Source of the DNA: Candidatus Cloacimonadales bacterium
GTDB taxonomy: Bacteria > Cloacimonadota > Cloacimonadia > Cloacimonadales > JAFGVF01
Reading direction: 5' to 3'
DNA: 64,000 nt
Assembly: GCA_963663475.2 (NCBI GenBank)
Contig: CAXXJV010000001.1
Span: forward strand, 800,001 to 864,000
Positions 1 through 9,190 of this stretch are shown one piece after another. Both the position numbers and the translations under genes were made by a program. A model generated the notes under the pieces. The model made no database searches, was not told the DNA's origin, and was given only the letters and a program-made list of their open reading frames with translations. The first letter of the stretch is position 1, and each line of letters opens with the position of its first letter.

Positions 1-1668
1 GATATTCTTATGCGGGAGATATTTATAAAATATGGTGGTTCAAAAAAAGTTCTCCTTGCTGAAGGTTTTGAACAAGAGATTAGCCAAAAGTTTATCTTCA
101 ATGATTACCAAAAGACTTCTTTCCCTAAACTAAATCAAGTTCCGATAAATTTACATGCAAAATTCAACATATATAACAGTGAAGATTCAAAAGCTCTGCC
201 TGCTTATGTAGGTCGCTATCCAATAGAAGATTCAAACCTTGAAATATTATCTATCTACCCTAGAAGCCTATTAATAGGTAAATTCTGGTCAAACTGGTTA
301 ATAATGGGCTTGGGCTTCTTTAGCTTCTTTGTCTTAGTGTTAATAATCTATGCCCATAGAGCCAATAGTAAACATCTAAGAATGCAGACTCAACTAGAGA
401 TAGAAAAGAAGAAAAGTGGAGAGATTGCCGAGAAAAACCTCTTACTATCTCAAGAAATTGAAAAACGTAAGGAAACTGAAGAGGAACTCTTAAAAAGTAA
501 TAAAAAGGCTAAAGATTTAGCTATCCAAGCTCGGAATGCAAATAAAGCAAAAACACAATTTTTAGCCAATATGAGTCATGAAATTCGTACTCCTATGAAT
601 GCTATTATTGGCTTTACTGACCTTATTCTAAATGAAGAAAAGTGCGATTTTAAGGTTGAAAAACTAAACTTAATAAAGGATTCAGCAGACTACTTGATGA
701 ATATTATTAATGATATTCTAGATCTTTCTAAAATTGAATTTGGTAAAATAAAAGTCAAGATATCAACTTTTTCTGTAGATAAACTTCTGGATGTTGTTAG
801 TAATATCTATAAAAATAACACTCATAAGAAAGGGATTTACTTCAAGATTAATAAGTCGGCAAATGTACCTGAGTTTATTAATTCTGATAAACAAAAAATC
901 TTTCAAATTCTCACTAATATTATCAATAATGCGGTTAAATTTACAGATCAAGGCGGGGTTACTCTTGTAGTTGATTACGAGAATGAAGACCTTATCTTTA
1001 AAGTAATTGATACTGGTATTGGTATAGCTGCTGATGATTATGATAAGATTTTCGAGAATTTTCATCAAATAGAGAACCAGCAAGATGTCAAATCTAAAGG
1101 AACTGGTCTAGGCTTAGCTATTAGTAAAAACTTTATTGAAATGCTCAAAGGAAGCATTGAAGTAGAGTCAAACTTAGGACAAGGCACTACCTTTACTGTA
1201 AGGGTTCCTGTGAGTGTATTCTCCTTAAAGAATGTTGAAAAGGTAAAAAAAGAAATTGAAATCAATAAGAGAATTAATGCCAAGAAAATACTTATTGCTG
1301 AAGATAATGTGATTAATCAAAAACTGATGCTGCATATTTTTAAGAGATTAAATATTGATTTTACAATAGTTAATAATGGTGAAGAAGCATTAGATTTCTT
1401 AGAAAATAACTGGGCTGATTTGATTATTTTAGATATTCAAATGCCTAAACTGGGAGGGATTGAAACCTTGAAGTTAATTAAAGAAGATGAAAGATTAAGA
1501 GATATACCAGTAATAGCTCTTACTGCTCAAGCTATGGCTGGAGACAGAGAAGACTTCCTTAAGGCTGGATTTGATGACTTTCTTTCTAAACCTGTGGATA
1601 CTAAAATACTCCAGGATAAATTAGATTTTTATACTTCTAGGCTTAATTCATATAGGGCTAATGAATAA
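1..1668 (+). CDS. Hybrid sensor histidine kinase/response regulator, probably 5'-truncated by the window edge
   Basis: TM segment, H-box FLANMSHEIRTPMN, N-box NAVKFT, G-boxes DTGIGI and GTGLGL, C-terminal receiver (IAEDN...LDIQMP...KP). The frame is open from base 1. Confidence 0.93.
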   Translation, partial: DILMREIFIKYGGSKKVLLAEGFEQEISQKFIFNDYQKTSFPKLNQVPINLHAKFNIYNSEDSKALPAYVGRYPIEDSNLEILSIYPRSLLIGKFWSNWLIMGLGFFSFFVLVLIIYAHRANSKHLRMQTQLEIEKKKSGEIAEKNLLLSQEIEKRKETEEELLKSNKKAKDLAIQARNANKAKTQFLANMSHEIRTPMNAIIGFTDLILNEEKCDFKVEKLNLIKDSADYLMNIINDILDLSKIEFGKIKVKISTFSVDKLLDVVSNIYKNNTHKKGIYFKINKSANVPEFINSDKQKIFQILTNIINNAVKFTDQGGVTLVVDYENEDLIFKVIDTGIGIAADDYDKIFENFHQIENQQDVKSKGTGLGLAISKNFIEMLKGSIEVESNLGQGTTFTVRVPVSVFSLKNVEKVKKEIEINKRINAKKILIAEDNVINQKLMLHIFKRLNIDFTIVNNGEEALDFLENNWADLIILDIQMPKLGGIETLKLIKEDERLRDIPVIALTAQAMAGDREDFLKAGFDDFLSKPVDTKILQDKLDFYTSRLNSYRANE

Positions 1669-1882
1669 TTCCCAATCATTAATATAATATTTTTCATTTG
1701 ATATGATAAAAGCAGGTTTAAATTATAGTCATTATCGCTTAATAAAGCAATTAAGATGAGCTTTTCTACAACTTAAACTCGAATAATGCATTAGAGCTTG
1801 ACCAATATGACTATATCCTTTCTTGTAACCGACCACTTACAACAAAATTATATTATGATATATAAAAAAGATAAAAAAGCTA

Positions 1883-1912
1883 TTGACAAATCTTACCCCT
1901 CACTAATAAAAT
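1883..1912 (+). promoter_or_regulatory. Putative sigma70 promoter for the 2057/2309 genes
   Basis: TTGACA-18 nt-TAAAAT. Confidence 0.55.
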
Positions 1913-2056
1913 TGTCCATAGATTTTTATTCTCTTATTTTGTTACTTAATTGAGTGAAAATCTAAGATGTGATTTTGATGAATTACTTGGTTCATTAATT
2001 TTGAACTAAGCATGGCTATGAGAAGAAATGTAGTAAATGTTAAGGAGAAATTGTTT

Positions 2057-2293
2057 ATGAAAAAGATTGTGCTAATTTTTTTAGCATCTTTATTGACTTT
2101 TTCATTAGTTTTCGCTTCTGAAAGTGAAAACTCTAACGTAACCACCACGTATTCCAATGCATACTTACTAGTATCACAGGAATATAGCTGGTTAAAATGT
2201 AATGTCGACTCAAATCTTTCTGACTCAAACTCAGTTTTCAGTCAGAATTATCTAAGTCTCATATTAAACCCGCAAACTACGAACAAAATGTAA
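2057..2293 (+). CDS. Small exported hypothetical protein (78 aa)
   Basis: AAGGAG RBS upstream of ATG 2057; signal peptide MKKIVLIFLASLLTFSLVFA. Confidence 0.6.
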   Translation: MKKIVLIFLASLLTFSLVFASESENSNVTTTYSNAYLLVSQEYSWLKCNVDSNLSDSNSVFSQNYLSLILNPQTTNKM

Positions 2294-2308
2294 AAGGAGA
2301 TAAACCTT

Positions 2309-5300
2309 ATGAAAAAAGCTATATTAGCAATCATGTTAAGCTTATTGTTAACAACTGTTTTCGCTTTAGACTATTCAATTGAATTGTTTGATACCTATGG
2401 CGACGGTTGGAATGGTGGAATGGTTTCAGTTCACGTAGCAGGTACACCTGCACTTACTGACCTTACAATCGAAGACGGTAATGGCCCAGAAAGCCATACT
2501 TTTGCTGTTGAACCAGGAGATATGGTAGAAGTTATCTACACTGCTGGCTCATGGTCTTCAGAAAATGAATATACTGTTTATGATGAAAACAGTCAAGTTG
2601 TTGCTCAATCAGGACTTGAAGGTACTGTACCTGAAAGTATCACTTTCTATGTTCCTCAAGAAGGTGCACCTGGTATCCCTACTTTAACAGCTCCTGCTAA
2701 TGGTCTTGTTAATGTTGCTACCGATGTTAACTTAGTTTGGACTCTTGGAGAAAACACAGACCATGCAGTTCTTTATATCGCTGATAATGAAGATATGACT
2801 GATGCAACTGTTGTTGACCCTGCTACAGCTCCTTATGAAACTGACTTAGAATTAGACACTACTTACTACTGGAAAGTAGAAGCTGTTAGTCCTACTAATA
2901 TTAGTATGTCTACTCCTATATGGCATTTCACAACTGCTGCTGTTGAAGGTATTACTACTGTTTCTATTGGAAACGGTACTAGTTCTTCTAACCAATATCC
3001 TTTCAACTTCTACTACAAAAATTCTGTTGCTGAAACTATCTATTTAGCTGATGAATTAAATATCGGTGGTTTGTTACAAGGACTTAGCTTCCATAATAAC
3101 TTCGTAACAGATTTACCAGGCATGCCTGTTAATATCTGGGTTGGCGAAACAACTCAATCTGACTTATCAACTTATATCCCTGCTTCTCAATTAACTGCTG
3201 TCTTCTCTGGCACTGTTGATTTCCCTGCAGGACAAAATAATATTGCAATTGATTTTGACACTCCTTATAACTATGCAGGTGGAAACTTAGTTATCCTTAC
3301 TGAAAGAGTTATGGATGAAGAATATTATTCATCAAGTGACAAATTCTATAACACTGAAACTGAATTAGCTGCTAGAACTCTTTACTGGCAAAGTGATACA
3401 GTTGATTTCGATCCTGAAACTGTTACTGATGGTACAGCTGTTGCTTTCATGCCTAACGTTGATTTATATTTCATCGTTGAAGGTATGGGTTCTGTTTCTG
3501 GTACTGTTACTGACGGTACTAATGGTTTAGAAGGTGTTGTTTTATCTATTGATGATACTAACTATCAAGCTGTTTCTCTTGCTGATGGCTCTTTTGAATT
3601 CCCATATGTTGCAGAAGGCCAAGATTATACTTTAACTGCTTCATTACATGGTTATTATGATGGCACAGCTACTTTCAATGTAGTTGAAGATCAAGAAACT
3701 ATGGTTGATGTTACTATGACTATGCTTCCTAATGTAGAAGTTTCAGGTCAAGTTATCACTAATGACACTGGTGCTGGAATCCAAGCTCACGTTACTTTAA
3801 CAGGTTATGAAACTTATGAAGCTGATACTGATGCAAACGGTTACTTCACTATTGCTGGTGTTTATGCTAACCAAACTTATGCTGGTACTGCTGTTGCTGA
3901 AGGTTACCAACCTGGTTCATTTGAAGCTGTTGTTGTTGATGCTGATTTAGATTTAGGTACTATCTTAGTTACTGAAACTCTTTTCCCTGCTTCAAACGTT
4001 GTTGCTGCTTTAGATGGTGATGATGCTGTTGTTACATGGGATGCTCCTAACCCTAACGTTGGCGAAAATGTTCAAGAAGGTTTTGAAGGTACATTCCCTC
4101 CAACTGACTGGTCTACTGTTGTAACTAACACAACTCAATCATGGACTCAATACGAAACTGTTTCATTTGATACTGGTGATATCGTTCCTACTGAAGGTAT
4201 GTATCAAGCTGGTGTTATGTGGGATTACGGTGCACAAGATGAATGGTTAATTACTAATTCAATGAACTGTCCTGCTGGAAATCTTACTTTTGATTTCTAC
4301 GGAACTTATGGTTCAGAATATGGCGATAACTATTATGTGAAAGTTTCTACTGATGGTACAAACTGGACTCCTATCTGGAATGCTTCAGATTTCCCTGCTG
4401 GTGATAATCATTATGATACACCTATCGCAATTGATTTAAGTGCTTATGCTGGACAAAATGTTCAATTTGCTTGGAACTTTGTTGATGGTGATGGTCAAGG
4501 ACTCTGGTATGCTACATATATCGATAATGTTAATATCGGTGGAAGAAGAATTAGAGCTAATGAACTTACTGCTGTAAGTAAAGCTGTTAAAACTCCTAGC
4601 GCTTTAAGAGTTGCTAGTAGAAATAAAAAGAATCCAAATGAACCTGCTTATATGCCAATTGCTGGTATCAATAACTCACGTGCATTTGAATCTTATAATG
4701 TATATCGCTTCTTAATCGAAGATGAAGCTAATATGGATAACTGGACTTTAGTAGCTGAAGAAACTACTGCTCTTACTTATACTGATACTGATTGGTCAAC
4801 ACTTCCTGTTGGCTTCTATAAATATGCTGTTAAAGCTGTTTATACTAATGGTGCTGAAGCTAATGCAGCTGTTTCTAACTGGTTACAAAACTCAGCTATG
4901 GCTGAAGTTACTGTAAATGTTGATTCTAACTTAGGTGATGTTATTGCTGATGCAAATATCTCTTTAATGGCTCAGGTTCCAAATCCTGACGGCGAATATG
5001 ATATGTATAATGCAATGACTGATGCTACTGGTACTGCTGTAATTTCTGTTAATGTTGGCATGTATGATATTAGCATTACTGCTTCTGGTTTCACTTCTTA
5101 TAGTAGTGAAGTTGATGCTTCTGCTGATGTTACTGTTGATGCTACTTTAGATGAATTAGCATTACCTCCAACAGCTGTTGTTGCTGAACAAGTTGAAGAA
5201 GATGCTGTCATTACTTGGGGCGAACCAGGTGGTGGTGGAGCTGGCGAATGGATCACTAAAGGTGCTGAAGAAAATAACGACGGTATCGGTACTGGTTCTG

Positions 5301-7171
5301 CTGCAACCTTCCATTTTGCTCATATGTACACTGAAGCTGAATTAGCTGATTATCAAGGTATGTACATCAACTCAATGAAAATCTTCCCTAGAGAAGCTTC
5401 TGCTACTTATACTTTAAAAGTATATGGTGGTGCTGATGGTAATACTGAATTATATAGCCAAGCTGTTACTGAATTCACTAACGAAGCTTGGAATGAATAC
5501 ACATTAGATTCTTCTGTTGCTATCCCAACTGAAGGTCCTTTATACATTGGTTACTATTGTGATGCTCCTACTGGTTATCCTGGTGGTTGTGATGCTGGTC
5601 CTGCTGTTCCTGGTGGAGACATGGTTAAATTAAACGACCAAGCTGATTGGGATGTTTTATCTGAAATAGCAGACATCAATATTAACTGGAACATCCAAGC
5701 TTATGTTTCATGGGCTAGAGGTGGCCAAGTTGCTAGTGAAGGTAGAAGACTTATCCAAAAAGAAACTTCACAAGCTACTAACGATGCAAGAATCGTTCGT
5801 GGAAACTTAGCTCCTATCACAAACCCAACTCTCGTTTCTGATAGAGAATTATTAGGTTATAAAGTATGGAGATTCTTAGCTATCGACCAAGGTAATGAAG
5901 CTAACTGGACTCTTCTTACTAATGATATGATTACTGACTTAACTTATACTGATACAGGATGGGATGCCTTAGATTCAGGTACTTATAAATTTGCTGTTAA
6001 AGCTAACTATACTAATGACAATATGTCTCCAGCTGCTTTCTCAAATGTTCTTCTTAAAGACATGTATGGAACAGTTGATGGTATGGTTACTGTAGAAGAC
6101 GGTGGTGCTCCTATCAATGGTGCTAGTGTTACTTTAGATGGTAATACTGTAACTACTGATGCTTCTGGTTACTTCATCTTCACAGAAGTTTTAGCTGGTG
6201 AATATCAAATCTCAGCTTCTGCTGCTGGTTATGTTGGGGAAACTCAAACTGCAACTGTTATTGGTACTCAACTTACAACAGTTAACTTTGAACTTGCTAC
6301 TTCAAACATCCTTATTAGTGATGGTTTTGAAACTTATCCTGATTTTGCTTTAGAAGCAGCTCCATGGACTTTAATCGATGGCGACCTTTCAGGTACTTAT
6401 TCAATTACTAACACTACTTGGGCTAATGCTGAAGCTCCTCAAGCTTATATTGTATTCAATCCTTCAATGACTACTCCTCCTCTTACAGATGAGGCTTATG
6501 CTGCATACGAAGGTAGCAAATATATGGCTGCTTTTGCTTCAACTACTCCTGCTAACAACGATTGGATGATTACTCCTGAATTTACTTTAGGTGACTCTGG
6601 TTCATTCAACTTTATGGGTAAATCAATCACTGATCAGTATGGTCTTGAAAGATTCAATGTTCTAGTTTCTACTGGTTCAACAAATCCTAATGACTTTACT
6701 TCTATCTCAGGTGGAACTTATATTGAAGCTCCAATTACATGGACTCAGTATTCTTATGGTTTAGATGATTATGCTAACCAAACTATTAGAGTTGCTATCC
6801 AATGTGTATCAAATGATGCATTCATCTTCATGGTAGATAATGTTGAAATCGATGCTCCTGGTGGAACTCCTAATAATCCTGAAGTTACTCCTGTAATTTC
6901 TCAACTCATTGGTAACTACCCTAACCCATTCAACCCTGAAACAAGTATTGCTTTCTCAACTAAAGAAAATGGTCCTGTATCTATTGATATCTACAATGTT
7001 AGAGGTCAAAAAGTAAGATCACTTCTTAATGAAAATAAAGAAGCAGGAAACCACACTGTTGTTTGGAATGGTAAAGATGATAATGGTAAGAATGTTGCTT
7101 CTGGTGTATTCTTCTACAGAATGAAATCAGGAAAATATTCTTCAACCAAGAAAATGATTCTTATGAAATAA
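2309..7171 (+). CDS. Large secreted surface protein with carboxypeptidase-regulatory-like, FN3-like and cleaved-adhesin-like domains and a FlgD-Ig/T9SS-type C-terminal domain
   Basis: Signal peptide; cleaved-adhesin motifs (DEWLIT, NDWMITP); duplicated YxVxR...TYTD...YKxAVKAxY module; C-terminus GNYPNPFNPET...WNGKD...TKKMILMK. Confidence 0.88.
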   Translation: MKKAILAIMLSLLLTTVFALDYSIELFDTYGDGWNGGMVSVHVAGTPALTDLTIEDGNGPESHTFAVEPGDMVEVIYTAGSWSSENEYTVYDENSQVVAQSGLEGTVPESITFYVPQEGAPGIPTLTAPANGLVNVATDVNLVWTLGENTDHAVLYIADNEDMTDATVVDPATAPYETDLELDTTYYWKVEAVSPTNISMSTPIWHFTTAAVEGITTVSIGNGTSSSNQYPFNFYYKNSVAETIYLADELNIGGLLQGLSFHNNFVTDLPGMPVNIWVGETTQSDLSTYIPASQLTAVFSGTVDFPAGQNNIAIDFDTPYNYAGGNLVILTERVMDEEYYSSSDKFYNTETELAARTLYWQSDTVDFDPETVTDGTAVAFMPNVDLYFIVEGMGSVSGTVTDGTNGLEGVVLSIDDTNYQAVSLADGSFEFPYVAEGQDYTLTASLHGYYDGTATFNVVEDQETMVDVTMTMLPNVEVSGQVITNDTGAGIQAHVTLTGYETYEADTDANGYFTIAGVYANQTYAGTAVAEGYQPGSFEAVVVDADLDLGTILVTETLFPASNVVAALDGDDAVVTWDAPNPNVGENVQEGFEGTFPPTDWSTVVTNTTQSWTQYETVSFDTGDIVPTEGMYQAGVMWDYGAQDEWLITNSMNCPAGNLTFDFYGTYGSEYGDNYYVKVSTDGTNWTPIWNASDFPAGDNHYDTPIAIDLSAYAGQNVQFAWNFVDGDGQGLWYATYIDNVNIGGRRIRANELTAVSKAVKTPSALRVASRNKKNPNEPAYMPIAGINNSRAFESYNVYRFLIEDEANMDNWTLVAEETTALTYTDTDWSTLPVGFYKYAVKAVYTNGAEANAAVSNWLQNSAMAEVTVNVDSNLGDVIADANISLMAQVPNPDGEYDMYNAMTDATGTAVISVNVGMYDISITASGFTSYSSEVDASADVTVDATLDELALPPTAVVAEQVEEDAVITWGEPGGGGAGEWITKGAEENNDGIGTGSAATFHFAHMYTEAELADYQGMYINSMKIFPREASATYTLKVYGGADGNTELYSQAVTEFTNEAWNEYTLDSSVAIPTEGPLYIGYYCDAPTGYPGGCDAGPAVPGGDMVKLNDQADWDVLSEIADININWNIQAYVSWARGGQVASEGRRLIQKETSQATNDARIVRGNLAPITNPTLVSDRELLGYKVWRFLAIDQGNEANWTLLTNDMITDLTYTDTGWDALDSGTYKFAVKANYTNDNMSPAAFSNVLLKDMYGTVDGMVTVEDGGAPINGASVTLDGNTVTTDASGYFIFTEVLAGEYQISASAAGYVGETQTATVIGTQLTTVNFELATSNILISDGFETYPDFALEAAPWTLIDGDLSGTYSITNTTWANAEAPQAYIVFNPSMTTPPLTDEAYAAYEGSKYMAAFASTTPANNDWMITPEFTLGDSGSFNFMGKSITDQYGLERFNVLVSTGSTNPNDFTSISGGTYIEAPITWTQYSYGLDDYANQTIRVAIQCVSNDAFIFMVDNVEIDAPGGTPNNPEVTPVISQLIGNYPNPFNPETSIAFSTKENGPVSIDIYNVRGQKVRSLLNENKEAGNHTVVWNGKDDNGKNVASGVFFYRMKSGKYSSTKKMILMK

Positions 7172-7223
7172 TATTACTGGTAAAGCTTGCATTTATGTAA
7201 GCAAACCTCTAATAGAAATATAT

Positions 7224-7250
7224 AAGCCCTGCAAATGCAGGGCTTTTTTT
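7224..7250 (+). terminator. Rho-independent terminator
   Basis: AAGCCCTGCA-AA-TGCAGGGCTT followed by a T run. Confidence 0.9.
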
Positions 7251-7306
7251 GCTTGTTAACAAACTCCCGATTTATCGAAAGCCCCAAAAAATAAATTTTG
7301 GCTCTT

Positions 7307-7525
7307 GTTCAAGTCTGGTGTTTAAACCCAAATAATACATTATTTATCATTTTATTAAACCCTTACAGGGTAATATCTTTGGGCTAGCCATCATTACCCA
7401 GGGTTGCGATACTTTCAGCATCTTACCCTGGGCTAAATTATTTTATCCCTTTCAGGGATTTTTGATGAATCAAAATAGTAATGAAATATTCTCATTTTCC
7501 TATATTATTCCCACCAGACTTGAAC
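7307..7525. repeat. Multi-hairpin REP/MITE-like element (family C) with 14-bp terminal inverted repeats
   Basis: GTTCAAGTCTGGTG (7307-7320) / CACCAGACTTGAAC (7512-7525), enclosing ACCCT-TAC-AGGGT, CCCAGGGT...ACCCTGGG and ATCCCT-TTC-AGGGAT. Confidence 0.65.
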
Positions 7526-7567
7526 TTGAACCGTATAATTTTACTGATAGGAGTACGTTTTGCTTGC

Positions 7568-7602
7568 AAAAAAAAGCTAATAGATAAAAATCTACTAGCT
7601 TT
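7568..7602 (-). terminator. Terminator of the M42 peptidase operon
   Basis: AAAGCTAGTAGAT-TTTT-ATCTATTAGCTTT on the minus strand, followed by a T run. Confidence 0.65.
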
Positions 7603-7628
7603 GTTTGCTTTCATTCAAATTTTTTGAA

Positions 7629-8660
7629 TTATTTTGTTTTTACATATTCTGCTAAGAGTTTGAGGGTATTTTCTACACCAGATCTATGAGTTCTTTCATA
7701 GCCATGAGAAGCAAAAACACCTGGTCCGATTAAGCCATGTCTAATATCATAACCAGCTCTTAAGGTAGCTTCCACATCAGAACCATAAGCTGGGTAAATA
7801 TCTAAAGCGTGTTCTAACTTCATATCTTCTGCAATTTTAATCAAATCATTAGTTAGATCATAATCATAAGGTCCGCCACTATCTTTAACACAGATTGAGA
7901 CTTTATACTCATCAGTTGTCAAATCATCTCCAACAGCTCCCATATCAACTGAAATCATATCACAAGTATCTTCAGGGATACCAGCTGAACCACCATGACC
8001 AACTTCTTCATAGGTAGTGAATAATAAAGAAAGCTTGCGTGATAAGGTTATCTCTTTATCTGCAATCATCTTAGCTAAAGAAATCAGCAAACCTGCAGAA
8101 GCTTTATCATCTAAGTGGCGGGATTTAATGAAGCCTGATTTAGTAACTTTTGTTCTAGGATCAAGAGAAATAAAATCACCAACCTTAATTCCTAATTTTT
8201 CTACATCTTTCTTGCAAGTTACTTTTTCATCTAAGATTATTTCCACAGTCTGGTCGTTTCTTGTCATTGAACCAACATCTTTGTAAACATGAACTGCTGG
8301 ATGGGTTAAGTAAGCAGTACCTTCATATTCTTTACCAGTACGAGTATGAATTATAACATTTTCATTTTCAATATTGTTTTCAGGGTAACCACCAATCCTA
8401 GTGTGTCTAATTCTACCATTACCTTTTATGGCTCTCACCATTGCTCCCAAGGTATCAACATGGGCTGCAAGCACTAGATGGTTACCTTGCCCTCCTAATT
8501 CTACTAGGACAGCTTTTTTTCTTGTATATTTAGGTTCAAAACCTAAGTCTTTAAAGGTCTTCATAAGGTATTCAGTAGCTTTTAATGTGAAACCAGATGG
8601 ACTAGGAATCTTACATAATTCAACTATCTGTTTTACTGCGAAATCTGTATATTTTTTCAT
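7629..8660 (-). CDS. M42 family metallo-aminopeptidase
   Basis: AHVDT, SRHLDDK, YEEVG, VDMG and SHGYER metal-ligand motifs. Confidence 0.92.
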   Translation of the reverse strand: MKKYTDFAVKQIVELCKIPSPSGFTLKATEYLMKTFKDLGFEPKYTRKKAVLVELGGQGNHLVLAAHVDTLGAMVRAIKGNGRIRHTRIGGYPENNIENENVIIHTRTGKEYEGTAYLTHPAVHVYKDVGSMTRNDQTVEIILDEKVTCKKDVEKLGIKVGDFISLDPRTKVTKSGFIKSRHLDDKASAGLLISLAKMIADKEITLSRKLSLLFTTYEEVGHGGSAGIPEDTCDMISVDMGAVGDDLTTDEYKVSICVKDSGGPYDYDLTNDLIKIAEDMKLEHALDIYPAYGSDVEATLRAGYDIRHGLIGPGVFASHGYERTHRSGVENTLKLLAEYVKTK

Positions 8661-8672
8661 ATTTTCCTCTTT

Positions 8673-8876
8673 TTATACTTTTTTTTCTTTTACTAATTCT
8701 GCAAAATATTCATAAGTTCTGTCCCAACTTGCCTCTGCCTCTTTAGGAAAGAAACAAGCAGGAAGCTGTCTTTTTGATCTATGATATTCAAGGCATTCAC
8801 AACAGACACCTTTTCTAGTACAAGCTGGATAGGTGCAATTGCAGTTTTTCATATTATCGTTTTTTTTACATTCCAT
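8673..8876 (-). CDS. Small Cys-rich protein (DUF6485-like), 67 aa
   Basis: CNCTYPACTRKGVCCECLEYHR...LPACFF; its ATG overlaps the upstream stop (TAATG). Confidence 0.8.
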   Translation of the reverse strand: MECKKNDNMKNCNCTYPACTRKGVCCECLEYHRSKRQLPACFFPKEAEASWDRTYEYFAELVKEKKV

Positions 8877-9181
8877 TATATATCTTCTACCTCCGAATAG
8901 AGTACTGTTGACCATATTTCAGGTTCAGGTTTCTTGGTCATGTATGGTTCAAACTCAGCTAATATTTTCTTGAATATGCCAGTTTTCATAAAGTCTTCAG
9001 CATACTCTTTTTCAGCCCAAGTTCCAATTGCCATAGCTTGGCCATCAGCTTTTGCTAGGAATTGCATTCTCACAAATCCTTGTCTCTCTTCGGCTTCTTC
9101 TAAAACTTCTTCTTGCCATTTCTCAATACATTCTGTCATTTTTTCAGGTATAAAATAATATCGCATTGTAGCTGTATACAT
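8876..9181 (-). CDS. Antibiotic-biosynthesis-monooxygenase (ABM)-like protein
   Basis: ~100 aa, dimeric alpha/beta barrel pattern (GFVRM...GTW...AEDF); GGAG RBS. Confidence 0.7.
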   Translation of the reverse strand: MYTATMRYYFIPEKMTECIEKWQEEVLEEAEERQGFVRMQFLAKADGQAMAIGTWAEKEYAEDFMKTGIFKKILAEFEPYMTKKPEPEIWSTVLYSEVEDI

Positions 9182-9190
9182 AATTTTCTC

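Noticed and set aside
1773-1800. Extra family A copy (AAACTCGAATAATGCATTAGAGCTT)
   Set aside because: Only one arm is recognisable; too short to call as an element
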